A stretch of DNA of 64,000 nt. It comes from Eledone cirrhosa. Lineage: Eukaryota. The translations under genes were made by a program, and so were the position numbers. The notes beneath the pieces were generated by a model. The model was not told the origin of the DNA, made no database searches, and saw only the letters and a list, made by a program, of their open reading frames with translations. The stretch lies in the NCBI GenBank assembly GCA_964016885.1, contig OZ024750.1, forward strand, positions 2,790,001 through 2,854,000, given 5' to 3'. Shown in pieces: positions 12,319 to 27,416 of the stretch. How positions within the stretch are numbered: the first letter of the stretch is position 1; each line of letters begins with the position of its first letter.

Positions 12319-12534
12319 TGTGTGTGTGAACACCTGCAAATGAACATTAATCAGGGGCAGTCTCTAACACCTTTCAACAGACATACGTGTTCATTTAGCA
12401 AAGGTAACTCAATAAGTTAGCACCAAAATGGAGAGATAACGGAACCTCACAGAACCAAAACCAGATTAGAATCATTTTAGTGATAAAGTATTTATTGCCA
12501 GCATGGAAAATGTACATGAAATGATACACATGTG

Positions 12535-12570
<36 letters not shown>

Positions 12571-12844
12571 TATGCACACACACTCACATATGCACACACA
12601 CACCAACACACAAAGCATTTATTGCCAGTGTGGAAAATGTACATAAAATGATCCCCCCCCCCCCCCACAGGTGTGGGTACAAATGAATGAAAAGAGCAAT
12701 CAACAGTATATACAAGCTAAGAATATTATTTGGATTAAGAGTTTTACCAATTCATGCATTACCAGAGGTTTCATACATGTAAATATGTCTAACTCCTTCT
12801 GAACACATCCACAGACATGCCTACGCCTACATACATGAAACCAC

Positions 12845-15800
12845 TATGTACAGACACACATAAACATACTCCACCCATATATATATGTACAGACACACAT
12901 AAACATACTCCACCCATATATATATATACAGACACACATAAACATACTCCACCCATATATATATGTACAGACACACATAAACATACTCCACTCATATATA
13001 TATATACAGATACACATAAACATACTCCACTCATATATATATATACAGATACACATAAACATACTCCACTCATATATATATATGTACAGATACACATAAA
13101 CATACTCCACTCATATATATATATACAGATACACATAAACATACTCCACTCATATATATATATGTACAGACACACATAAACATACTCCACCCATATATAT
13201 ATGTACAGACACACATAAACATACTCCACCCATATATATATGTACAGACACACATAAACATACTCCACCCATATATATATGTACAGACACACATAAACAT
13301 ACTCCACCCATATATATATGTACAGACACACATAAACATACTCCACCCATATATATATATATACAGATACACATAAACATACTTCACCCATATATATATG
13401 TACAGACACACATAAACATACTCCACCCATATATATATGTACAGACACACATAAACATACTTCACCCATATATATATATATACAGACACACATAAACATA
13501 CTCCACCCATATATATATATACAGACACACATAAACATACTTCACCCATATATATATGTACAGACACACATAAACATACTCCACCCATATATATATGTAC
13601 AGACACACATAAACATACTCCACCCATATATATATATACAGACACACATAAACATACTCCACCCATATATATATGTACAGATACACATAAACATACTTCA
13701 CCCATATATATATGTACAGACACACATAAACATACTCCACCCATATATATATGTACAGACACACATAAACATACTCCACCCATATATATATATACAGACA
13801 CACATAAACATACTCCACCCATATATATATATACAGACACACATAAACATACTTCACCCATATACATATATACAGACACACATAAACATACTCCACCCAT
13901 ATATATATGTACAGACACACATAAACATACTCCACCCATATATATATATACAGACACATATAAACATACTCCACCCATATATATATGTACAGATACACAT
14001 AAACATACTCCACCCATATATATATGTACAGACACACATAAACATACTCCACCCATATATATATATACAGACACATATAAACATACTCCACCCATATATA
14101 TATGTACAGATACACATAAACATACTCCACCCATATATATATGTACAGACACACATAAACATACTCCACCCATATATATATATACAGACACACATAAACA
14201 TACTCCACCCATATATATATGTACAGACACACATAAACATACTCCACCCATATATATATGTACAGACACACATAAACATACTCCACCCATATATATATGT
14301 ACAGACACACATAAACATACTTCACCCATATATATATGTACAGACACACATAAACATACTTCACCCATATATATATATACAGACACACATAAACATACTC
14401 CACCCATATATATATGTACAGATACACATAAACATACTCCACCCATATATATATATACAGACACACATAAACATACTTCACCCATATATATATGTACAGA
14501 CACACATAAACATACTTCACCCATATATATATATACAGACACACATAAACATACTCCACCCATATATATATGTACAGATACACATAAACATACTCCACCC
14601 ATATATATATATACAGACACACATAAACATACTTCACCCATATATATATGTACAGACACACATAAACATACTCCACCCATATATATATATATACAGACAC
14701 ACATAAACATACTTCACCCATATATATATATACAGACACACATAAACATACTCCACCCATATATATATGTACAGACACACATAAACATACTCCACTCATA
14801 TATATATGTACAGACACACATAAACATACTCCACCCATATATATATGTACAGACACACATAAACATACTCCACTCATATATATATGTACAGACACACATA
14901 AACATACTTCACCCATATATATATATACAGACACACATAAACATACTCCACCCATATATATATGTACAGATACACATAAACATACTCCACCCATATATAT
15001 ATGTACAGACACACATAAACATACTCCACCCATATATATATGTACAGACACACATAAACATACTTCACCCATATATATATGTACAGACACACATAAACAT
15101 ACTTCACCCATATATATATATACAGACACACATAAACATACTCCACCCATATATATATGTACAGATACACATAAACATACTCCACCCATATATATATATA
15201 CAGACACACATAAACATACTTCACCCATATATATATGTACAGACACACATAAACATACTCCACCCATATATATATATATACAGACACACATAAACATACT
15301 TCACCCATATATATATATACAGACACACATAAACATACTCCACCCATATATATATGTACAGACACACATAAACATACTCCACTCATATATATATGTACAG
15401 ACACACATAAACATACTCCACCCATATATATATGTACAGATACACATAAACATACTCCACCCATATATATATATACAGACACACATAAACATACTTCACC
15501 CATATATATATATACAGACACACATAAACATACTCCACCCATATATATATATGTACAGATACACATAAACATACTCCACCCATATATATATATACAGATA
15601 CACATAAACATACTCCACCCATATATATATGTACAGATACACATAAACATACTCCACCCATATATATATATACAGACACACATAAACATACTCCACCCAT
15701 ATATATATGTACAGACACACATAAACATACTCCACTCATATATATATGTACAGACACACATAAACATACTCCACCCATATATATATGTACAGATACACAT

Positions 15801-17109
15801 AAACATACTCCACCCATATATATATATACAGACACACATAAACATACTTCACCCATATATATATATACAGACACACATAAACATACTCCACCCATATATA
15901 TATATGTACAGATACACATAAACATACTCCACCCATATATATATATACAGATACACATAAACATACTCCACCCATATATATATGTACAGATACACATAAA
16001 CATACTCCACCCATATATATATATACAGACACACATAAACATACTCCACCCATATATATATGTACAGACACACATAAACATACTCCACCCATATATATAT
16101 GTACAGACACACATAAACATACTCCACCCATATATATATGTACAGATACACATAAACATACTCCACCCATATATATATATACAGATACACATAAACATAC
16201 TCCACCCATATATATATGTACAGATACACATAAACATACTCCACCCATATATATATATACAGACACACATAAACATACTCCACCCATATATATATGTACA
16301 GATACACATAAACATACTCCACCCATATATATATATATACAGATACACATAAACATACTTCACCCATATATATATGTACAGATACACATAAACATACTTC
16401 ACCCATATATATATGTACAGATACACATAAACATACTTCACCCATATATATATGTACAGATACACATAAACATACTTCACCCATATATATATGTACAGAT
16501 ACACATAAACATACTTCACCCATATATATATGTACAGACACACATAAACATACTTCACCCATATATATATGTACAGACACACATAAACATACTTCACCCA
16601 TATATATATATACAGACACACATAAACATACTTCACCCATATATATATATGTACAGATACACATAAACATACTCCACCCATATATATATGTACAGATACA
16701 CATAAACATACTCCACCCATATATATATATGTACAGACACACATAAACATACTCCACCCATATATATATATACAGACACACATAAACATACTCCACCCAT
16801 ATATATATATGTACAGACACACATAAACATACTTCACCCATATATATATATGTACAGACACACATAAACATACTCCACCCATATATATATGTACAGACAC
16901 ACATAAACATACTTCACCCATATATATATGTACAGACACACATAAACATACTCCACCCATATATATATGTACAGACACACATAAACATACTCCACCCATA
17001 TATATATGTACAGACACACATAAACATACTCCACCCATATATATATGTACAGACACACATAAACATACTCCACACATATATATATGTACAGACACACATA
17101 AACATACTC

Positions 17110-17115
<6 letters not shown>
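12845..17115. repeat. 39-bp (occasionally 41-bp) minisatellite, ~109 copies
   Basis: Unit TGTACAGACACACATAAACATACTCCACCCATATATATA. Confidence 0.98.
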
Positions 17116-17151
<36 letters not shown>

Positions 17152-17773
17152 AGTTTGAAATGTATCTTCCAAGCTTGCATGGGTTAGATGTGTTGTTATG
17201 TGCTGAGGTTTGACTAGTCAGCTCACCATGTCCTGCTTGTACATGTTGTTATGGCTTGGCTTTCTATGGCTGGATGCTTTTCCTTATCTGAGAAATGGGT
17301 AAAAGTATGTAGAATTTGAAGTTGGTGAAAACTGTCAAAATATTGACTCCGAAATATAATCCTCTGCCTTCTACCATCATTTTTTTTTCGGGGGGGGTTC
17401 ACATATTCCTTGGCTTATATTTGAGTATATATGGTAAATTTACTCAAATATATTCATACACGGAACTCAAAATGTTATAATCCAATTAAAATTACTCAGG
17501 TATACCACAGAAAATTATATATTCCAAGTTCAAGCAAAGATGAAAGGTAGAACACGCAGGTAACCGCAAGCATAAAAAAATATGAGTACTCTGCACATAA
17601 TCGCTTGAAACACGATTAGATTTGTAAATATTTATTAATGATATAAAACCTTAGGAACACGAAAGAATATAATCACATCAGTGTATTTGTAAATACCTAG
17701 ATTTACAATGCTTAAAAGTATATATGCATACCATGCATATGCATATATATATATATACATATAAGCATATATA

Positions 17774-17807
<34 letters not shown>

Positions 17808-18539
17808 ATCATATACCTACAAATACATTAAACACTAATAAATAGATATATAAAAATTATTCATCATAAATTGCATATATACCCAGAATAAGAGTACATC
17901 TAAGATAACATAACATTAATAAATTTAAAAAAAAAATTTTTATAAGTAATTTTTAGAACAAAAAATAGAATAAAAAGATGGAAGCTATGTGTGTATGTTA
18001 TATAGTTAAAACACAATCACACTCAGTAAAAATATATATAATATATAGATATATCACTAAACAAAACATTTACATTTTAATAGATACACATCTGCATGAA
18101 ATACAGGTAAATTTACACCCACTATATTCTTACAATTTATAATCTACAAGAATTTATATTCGTGATGTGCGAACGATACAAACTCATGCTCAGATATTTG
18201 ATTGAATAGCAACAAAGACTCCCCTACTCATTGACAAGAGAAATCAGTAGTATTATTATTGCTAGTGTGGCAATGGTGAAAATCACTGCAGCTTTCTTTT
18301 CAATTGAAATCGTTTGTTGACAGCATTCCACAATATTAATTTCAACCAGCCATCTTTTCAATTAAATGTTCTGTACTATTTCTGCTATGAAAAAGTAAAG
18401 ATTCTACAAGTAATGGACTGACCATGTGTTCTGGTGTATGTCAAGTTACAAACCAGCATGGCAGTGAGTAAGGCAAGTGAAGACCACACAATCCTTGAAA
18501 GCACAGCAGGGGTCACACACAGATGAAACCCTATCATGA

Positions 18540-18742
18540 TAATGGTTTCTGATTTAGGCACAAGGCCAGCAATTTTAGATGAGGGGAAAGTTGATTAAGT
18601 CAACTCCAGTACATTACTGGTACTTTATTTTATCGACCCCGTAAGAACGAAAGGTAAAGCTAACCTCGGCGGGATTTGAACTCAGAACGTAAATGCCACT
18701 AAGCATCTTGTCCAATGCTCAACTGATTCTGACAATCCACTG
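18540..18742 (-). mobile_element. tRNA-derived SINE (same family)
   Basis: Homologous to 703-919. Confidence 0.78.
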
Positions 18743-18893
18743 ACCTGAACCTGATCATGATAATGATTATTATTATGTTGATGATTGTGAAACTTATAAT
18801 TAAGAATAAATCATGGATTGCAATCCAACTATATAATTGTTTTTCACCAGACACCTCACTGTTGTCCATTGTTCCATATACTTTAAAACTGTT

Positions 18894-19183
18894 TAGTCAG
18901 GGAGTTGAAGGGCTGTGGCCATGATTCCAGGCCAGACTTGTCTCTCCATGTTAGTCAGGGAGTTGAAGGGCTGTGGCCATGATCCCAGGCCAGACTTGTC
19001 TCTCCATGTTAGTCAGGGAGTTGAAGGGCTGTGGCCATGATCCCAGGCCAGATTTGTCTCTCCATGTTAGTCAGGGAGTTGAAGGGCTGTGGCCATGATC
19101 CCAGGCCAGACTTGTCTCTCCATGCTAGTCAGGGAGTTGAAGGGCTGTGGCCATGATCCCAGGCCAGACTTGTCTCTCCATGC
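18894..19183. repeat. 58-bp tandem repeat, 5 copies
   Basis: Unit TAGTCAGGGAGTTGAAGGGCTGTGGCCATGATCCCAGGCCAGACTTGTCTCTCCATGT, running into an RTE/SINE tail. Confidence 0.95.
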
Positions 19184-19210
19184 AAGCATGGAAAATGGCT
19201 GCTAAATGAT

Positions 19211-19604
19211 GTTTATCCCGGGTTCAATCGGGGGTAACCACAGTAAGTAAGGTACTCAATACATAGAGTATATAATGTTTAACCCTTTAGCATTTAAGCC
19301 GGCCATATCCGCCCAAAATGCTTTCACCTCTTTCTGTTCTAACCGGCCTTAACTGGCTGCTCATACTTATGTTAAGGTATTGTTCTAAAAATAAATATCA
19401 AAATCTCATATATTCGATATTATGTGAGATAAAGCCTTTACCACAAAAATACAATAGTATGTATAGAGTACTGTAAATGTTAAAGGGTTAATATAGAAAT
19501 GGCTTCTACAAGACTAGAACTGTTTCCTTCGAAGGAAATCATCAAGGCTTTCCTGATGATTTTCTTCGAATGAAACAGTTCTAGTCCTGTAGAAGCCATT
19601 TCTA
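19211..19604. mobile_element. Fold-back element, family 1, with hammerhead motif (19546-19597, +), interrupted by a MITE
   Basis: Same tail (gggttcaatcgggggtaaccacagtaagtaaggtactcaa). Palindrome 19494-19604; CTGATGA at 19553-59. Confidence 0.75.
19283..19487. mobile_element. TTAA-targeting (piggyBac-like) MITE, family A
   Basis: TIRs CCCTTTAGCATTTA / TAAATGTTAAAGGG with TTAA on both sides. The empty site is visible in the paralog at 57256-57259. Confidence 0.85.
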
Positions 19605-20599
19605 CAAAAAAAAAAATATATATATATATATACAAATATTTGTTGGAGCTTTTTTTTTACATATATTATATTAATGGCTAGAGACTTTAATCAGATCCAC
19701 TCTTTTGACCAGCATTTCTACGACAAAGCAACAGTGACACAGGAAGAGTGGAATATATTTATATCAGTCAGATCAAGTAAGGCAAGACTTATGTGTTCCA
19801 TGCTGTAATGCAACATCAGAAAGATTTCAATTGCTGACTTGTCACACCTGTGTCACACCTGTGTCACACCTGTGTCACACATGTGTCACACATTTTCCTC
19901 TGTGCAGGTTTTTATTTATTTATTTATTTATTTATTTATTCATTCATTTATTTATTTTTATTAAACTACCAACTGTGTATTAATTATTCTTTTACTGGTT
20001 TCCGTTATTCAGTTGTGGCCATGCTGGGGCACTGCTTTCAAGGATTCTAGTTGATCATATCGGTCCCAGTAATTATTTTAATTTTGTCTGTTTTTGTATG
20101 AATGTGTGTGTGTGTGTGTGTGTGAAAGAGAGAGAGATAGTCTGTGTATGTGTGTGTGACTGTGTATATATATGTGTGTGTGTGTGACTGTATATATGTG
20201 TGTGTGACTATATATATATATATGTGTGTGTGTGTGACTATATATATGTGTGAGTGTGTGTGTGAGACTATATATATATGTGTGTGTGTGACTATATATA
20301 TGTGTGAGTGTGTGTGTGTGTGTGTGACTATATATATATGTGTGACTGTGTATATATATGTGTGTGTGTGACTGTATATATATATGTGTGTTTCCACATT
20401 CACATTTCTTCCTATTCTTTCCACCATTAATGGCGGCAGATTAGTTTTTTTCCCAGACAAAACATCTTTTCATTTGAGAGGTTCCAGTTCTTTCTGGAAG
20501 TTATTCCGGGCAACATTGCTTCTCGTTTCGAGAATTAGTCAAAACATGTTTTTCAGTACACTAAGATGTTTTTGTTAAATGTGACACACAAACAGAAAT

Positions 20600-20773
20600 A
20601 TATATATATATACATTATATAGATAGCATATATTATATATATATATTATATATATTATATATATATATATACATTATATAGATAGCATATATTATATATA
20701 TATATTATATATATATACATTATATAGATAGCATATATTATATATATGTATACATTATATAGATAGCATATAT

Positions 20774-20807
<34 letters not shown>

Positions 20808-20969
20808 ACATTATATAGATAGCATATATTATATATATATATTATATATATGTATACATTATATAGATAGCATATATTATATATATATATTATATATATT
20901 ATATATATATATACATTATATAGATACCATATATTATATATATGTATACATTATATAGATAGCATATAT

Positions 20970-21003
<34 letters not shown>

Positions 21004-21210
21004 ACATTATATAGATAGCATATATTATATATATATATAAATTATATAGATAGCATATATTATATATATATATACACATTATATAGATAGCATATATTAT
21101 ATATATATATATATACACATTATATAGATAGCATATAATATATATATATATATATACACATTATATAGATAGCATATATTATATATATAGATACACATTA
21201 TATAGATAGC

Positions 21211-21259
<49 letters not shown>

Positions 21260-21340
21260 TATACAGATAGACACACACACACATATATATATATAGGTAC
21301 ACATAGTATATAGATATATATATTATATAGATAGCATAGC
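20600..21340. repeat. AT-rich variable-length minisatellite
   Basis: Core ACATTATATAGATAGCATATATTA separated by variable (TA)n. Confidence 0.92.
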
Positions 21341-21447
21341 TTAGTAGTGATATCTGAATATGGCAATGTTTTCTCTGGTTTTGATCGATTGTAATACTTT
21401 TTTCATATACAATAAATAATAATGTATCAGCTATTCTAAAGGTAATG

Positions 21448-21481
<34 letters not shown>

Positions 21482-23271
21482 TTTATTGAACCATATGGAG
21501 TTACAAGTGAAGTAAGGACTGGCATAAAGGAAAACAGACAACTTGGAAACTTTCAAAATTGGAATATAGTTCCATTCCTCATAGAAAACATCTATTTCTA
21601 TTTTTTTTCTCTCAATTACATGTAAAAAAGAGAGAGTATTTAATACTCTTGATAAATATGGTTTGTTATCATGCAAAGAATCTGAAATAAACTGAAATGA
21701 GGATTTAGAGTCAGAATTTGCCAGAAGAAGAATGAAAAATGGCAAAAAACTCCCCCCAAAACCTACTAAAATAAAGCAAAAAAAAAAAAGCTATCACATG
21801 TAATAATGATAGTGTTTCACAAGTGTATCTTAAGAGAAATCCTCTTCAAAATAATTTGTAAGACATCAGCACTAAAAGCTCTGACCTACATTCCTGAGAG
21901 AGATAGCAACTGCCAATGTGAACCCAAGCAAAACCAAGAAAGGAAATATTCCAATTGCTTCCAACATGTAAATTGTGGTATACTAATCCATAATCAATAG
22001 CATTTGTGATAGTGGCAGTGGTTGTGTGTGTGGGGGAGGTAAATTAAGTTGTAGGGGGTAAAGAAAGAGATATATATGTGCACGTGCAGAAAAATACAGT
22101 ATACCTAGGGAAAAAAAACAAAACAAAATGAATTCTACCAAGAAAACAAATATATCATTGTACTGATTTTTCTTGTTTTGTCTTCCAAAATACATGAAAT
22201 TAGAAGATTACAGAAACTAAACATGTGGAAGATAGATGTTAAACGATGATGGTGGTGGTGGTGGTGGTGGTGGTGGTGATGATGATGATGAATATTTCTG
22301 ACAATGAAATGAAGAAGAAAGCAAAGACATTTCTTTTGTGGTTTTTCAGAAGTTTTTTTGTTTTGTTTTTTTTGGACAGCCAAAGTATTGGAAGTTAGTT
22401 ATGGGGGGGTCTGCAGGTAAAAATGTAAAAAACTGAAATGGAAGGTTTAGACAATTAGAGGACCGTATTGGTGTATTATTAGAAGTAGTTGGAATGGCAG
22501 TATTGGTAGAGTGTCGGACAATGATTTGTGGCATAGAGTTACGGCCCTTTATAGTTCAGGTTTGGTAAAAACTCATTTCATTTAGAATTGGTTTTATCAA
22601 AATAGTCTCGATTTTTATTTGTATTCAATTATGTAAAAAAAAACATTTTAACCAAATAAACACACAATACCTTTGAAAAACTGATTGAGGGCACATATTC
22701 CACACTTGATACTATATAACACAAGGAAGGCTGACATCCTAAAGTAACTCATGCACACTCTATGTAAGGTTACATGCATATTTCTATACACAAATGCACA
22801 CACACGCAAGTTGATACACAAGCATATATCTGCAGAAGGAGTTTATTTAACAACTTTCATACATTGATGAAGTCATATCCATGAATCTGTACCTTGCCAG
22901 CCCCCAAAATATAGAACATATGTAGTCTTGGCTTGGGACACAGATGGCAAAGCAAGAGGAATAAGCATGAATTGCTTTAAGTTCTTCCATTTTAAAGGCT
23001 ATTCAGTACAACAGATGTTTCTATATTGTTTACATGATATTAGATATCAATCAAGACACCTTTAAAATAGGAATATAGCTGCATTCTTCAAAGAAAGCTA
23101 AACAAACCATTTCTATTATTTTACTCAATTACTCAACAAAAAGTATTCAAAGCAATTGATAAATACGATTGGTTATCAAATAAAGAATCTGAAGTAAGGA
23201 TTTTTTGAGTAAGAATTTTCCAAAAGAAATAGTAAAATAAGCAACAAAAAAAAAAGCATATAAAGTGTAAT

Positions 23272-23533
23272 AAATGTTTCTACTTTTGGCACAAGGCCAG
23301 CAATAACCCCAGTGTATTACTGGTACTTTATTTTATCAATCCTGTAATAAATGTTTCTACTTTTGGCACAAGGCCAGCAATTATCCCAGTACATCACTGG
23401 TACTTTATTTTATTGACCCCGTAAGGATGAAAGGCAAAGTTAGCCTCGACGGGATTTGAACTCAGATTGTAAAGGGACGTAACTCTATGCTGCAAAGCAT
23501 GGCGTCAGATCCTCTTCCAATACTGCCAATCCA
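23272..23533 (-). mobile_element. tRNA-derived SINE with duplicated 3' tail
   Basis: The tail tgtttctacttttggcacaaggccagcaat occurs twice, with the B-box present. Confidence 0.8.
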
Positions 23534-26260
23534 TTGTAAAGTGTAATAATGAGAGTTTTACAAGTGTATCATAAGAAAAACTCTCTTTAAAATGATTTGT
23601 AAGACATCGGTACTAAAAAGCCTGACTTGCGGAGTTATGAGAAGATGTTAACCCAAGCAAAACCTATTAGCAAGAAAGGAAATATTCAAATTGCTGCCAA
23701 CTTGTGAATTATGGTATATTAATCCATAATCAATAGTAGAGGTGTGTGTGGGGAGGGGGGGGGGGGAATAAAGCAGTAGTAGTAGCAGTAGTGGTGGTGG
23801 TGGTAGTAGTAGTAGCAGCAGCAGCAGTAGTAGTAGTGGTAGTAGCAGCAGTAGAAGTAGCAGCAGTAGTAGAGAGGAATGGAAGGTTAGCTATGAGCTC
23901 AAACATGTAGATGGGAAAGTCTCTTCAGATTTCGGTATTAGTTAGTAACAAGGGTAAAAAAAAGGTAATAAGTTTCAGTGTGGTGCAAGGAGGAAGTAGA
24001 CAGGATCTCAGCAACCAACACAAGCAAACAGTATATAATACCGACATCCCTAGCTTAGATGGGTTGTGGTCGTTTTGGTGACAAAAAGCACCCAGTCCAC
24101 ACTGTAAAGTGGTCATGTAGGTGTCACAACAAAAAGCACCCAGTCCACACTGTAAAGTGTTTGGCATTAGGAAAGGCATCCAGATGTAGAAACCAAGCCA
24201 GAAACGGTTCTGTATGAGCAAGACACGGTCACCTGACCTGACTTTTCTCACAACAGGACAACTTGTCTAACCCATGCTAGCATGAAAAAAAATGAACATT
24301 AAATGATAATGATGATCAGTGTGCGGTAAAAACAAAAAAAAAAAAAATGTAAGGAAAGAAAAATGACTGGTTAAGCATGGAGGAGTCACATGAAGAAATG
24401 ATGTTTTCAGAGTGAGAACATGACAGGTTAGGGGTGGAAGTTACTTCCAATAGGGACAGGGAGGTGGCGGGGGTTAGTAGGCATTGATTAAACCTGAGAG
24501 TTGTTATCATCTGATAATACAGGACAGATATGAGTGGAAAGATACCATATAAGAGACACCTTCAATCCTTACCACTATGGGATAACATATGGTTTATAAT
24601 GAAGTAAAATGACATTCTGGAATGTCAGAATGACATACTCAACATTCAGTTATTGACAAGCATTAACTTATGTTCCAGTGCTCCATGGTAAATGTAAATC
24701 TGACAGAGAAGCCTAGAGAAATAAATCGACTGATATATATATAAATCACTGTCGTCATCGTCGTTTAAAATGGATGTTAAATGATGATGATGATTATATA
24801 TATATGTATGTATTAGTTTTGCAAGGTTTTTGATATGAAATCGTGTGCCGAAACAAATATAAACAGAAAAAAATGAATGGAATAACAACAACACCCAAAC
24901 AAACAACACTGACCTAAGAGAAGTATAAATAAATAAATAAATAAATAAATACATACACAAGCACAATAACAACAAACACATATAAACACACACTAGTAAA
25001 CTAAGATAGAATACATTAACCAATACACAGTCACCCAAACAAAACACTATACACACACACAAACGCATGTGCAGAGAAGACAAAAAAATAAACAAATAAA
25101 TAAATAAACAGACTAAATAAAGATGGCGTAGACATACAATGCAACGGGAGGAAACATAATAGCACCACTGACGATGTTGCAGATGTGCAACAAAAGAACT
25201 TTGATAGACTATATATATGTGTTTGTATCTGTATTTTTTACCGTTGGTCAGTCAATGGCAACATTGAGGACCGAATAAATTAAATTAACCGATATAAAAG
25301 ACACAGAAGCGAAAACCAACCAAACAGTGAGTGTGTTCTGTTATTAATTCTGGCAATATTATTACACAAATATGACCCTCCCCAAGTAAAACAATATATA
25401 TATGTACATATACACATACGTATATACATATATATTTTCCCTTTCAATCTCAAATACAAGCACATACTTTTAAAAGAGTTTTTTGTTGATAATCAATCAT
25501 ATTCTTTAGAGATTAGGCAAATAAAAATAAACAGTAAAATTCAAGAGCAAAGACTTTTATAACCCTCTTTCCTTTTCAAAGGCAACTTTGGCAAAATTTG
25601 GAGGGAAATCAAAATAATTATAGTTTCCATATTCTAACATCTGTTTCAAGAATTTGAAACCTGTTCTAATCTCTGAAATATTTAGTTGTGACTTGGACAG
25701 AATAGGTTAAGGAGAAGTTCAGAAAACATGAATATCCTTGAAAGTTCCAACTAATATCAAATGAGAAATAAGCTCAATAAAAATAGCAGATCATAGATTA
25801 AACTTGACACCCTTTTTATTTCGATAATTTACAGCTAAATTAAGTTGTATATTTCTAAGAAAAAGCTAAAAATTCAAAGATAGACATCAAAGAGAACTAA
25901 ATAACTACTTTATCTATGAGAGATCAATATACAATCCAACAGCAAGATTAACATTTACTCATATCTTCTGTAAATTTCCACGTTTAAATAGTCAGAAAAT
26001 TCAATTAATGTTCAAAAGAAAATTATTTCTAACAATCAGGCGAGCTGTGTAAATATACACTGACAATGTGTATACACAGACAAATGCAACAGCACATTAG
26101 AGCACACACATATTTTCAATATATCCTACTATACTCTGTGAGGTAAATACACACACTATGTAATATATCATCATCATCATCACATATATATATATATATA
26201 TATAAATATATATGTATATATGTATGTATATATATGTATATATGTATGTATATATATGTA

Positions 26261-26324
<64 letters not shown>

Positions 26325-26818
26325 TATATATATGTGTCCTTAAAAGCAATAAATAAAGTAATGGTCCATTAGCATTACATCAAAGAACAGATGATAGGAT
26401 TTTATTGTATGTTATTGGTAAATGACCAGCTCTTTTAAACATCTTGACACATTGATGTTTAAAACGATCTATTTGTAATTTGGAAGTGCAGATTGTTGGG
26501 ACTAGTTCTATATTCAATTTAGGTCTTCAGTATTTAGTTTTGAAAGTTATGGAATTAACATCTATAGAACATAATCATTCAAAGGACAGCTTATGAAAAA
26601 AAAAAAGGTAATTTTGACAATTTAATAAATGCATAAAGAACAGTATTGCTAAGTTCATATTAAAATAGAAAACACATTTTCTTCCTTTATGGCTTCAAGC
26701 ATGTAAAATAATCGGTTCAATGACTGTCTCATGTTTCATTGCTATATACAGGACAATATAATCTTCTTCTGCCACCACCCATGTTACATATTTAAATCTT
26801 CTGTTACCATATATTTAA

Positions 26819-27000
26819 CCCTTTACCATTTACATTACTCTATATTTACTATTGTATTTTCACAGTAAACACTTTATCTGATATAATATCGAATCTATGA
26901 GATTTTGATATAATTTATTTTGAGAATACCTTAATATAAGTGGCTGGTTATAGTCGATTTGAACAGAACGAGGTGAGAGAATGGCTAGTTTAAATGCAAA
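26819..27000. mobile_element. MITE family A (reverse orientation, right end eroded)
   Basis: ttaa-ccctttaccattta... followed by the family internal sequence. Confidence 0.7.
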
Positions 27001-27211
27001 ATCTCTAGTTTGTTTATAGTTTCAAAAGATTCACTGAAAAAAATGGCCATAGTTTGAACACATTACATATTAAAGGAAAGACATTTAAATACGATTTGAA
27101 ATTTGAAAACAAAATCAATAAATTATAAAAGGCATTCCATTTCTGAGAAGGTGGAGAACTCTAGATTCTGTCCTTCCAAATCAATGTAAAGATTATGTTT
27201 AAATAACTTAC

Positions 27212-27416
27212 ACATCATAGGCATTGAGCAGCCAGTTAAGACTTAAGTCAACACACAAAGGTACATTCACTAATGTAGGATGTAAGTCAGCGATTCCTTC
27301 ATACATTGAGTTCAAACAAATGATGATATCAATAACATCAATGAGTTTATCATTTTCATCTTTCAGGCCATGTTGGTCAAAAGAATCCACTGCCATACTC
27401 ATTTCCAAAAGATCCA
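27212..27416 (-). CDS. DMD: Dystrophin exon, equivalent to human exon 65 (EF-hand region)
   Basis: 205 bp, tttcag/gtaagt borders. Encodes (M)DLLEMSMAVDSFDQHGLKDENDKLIDVIDIIICLNSMYEGIADLHPTLVNVPLCVDLSLNWLLNAYD(V). Confidence 0.97.

Noticed and set aside
12789-17172. Many long overlapping ORFs (MGGVCLCVSVHIY repeats)
   Set aside because: Artefacts of the 39-bp minisatellite.
18224-18362. Minus-strand frame ending in a hydrophobic TM-like stretch (AAVIFTIATLAIIILLISLV)
   Set aside because: Preceded by an in-frame stop and lacks a credible acceptor or ATG; the hydrophobicity largely comes from ATA repeats.
25168-25200. CTGACGA followed by the hairpin TGTTGCA/TGCAACA, resembling a hammerhead
   Set aside because: No GAAA after stem II and no matching stems I or III.
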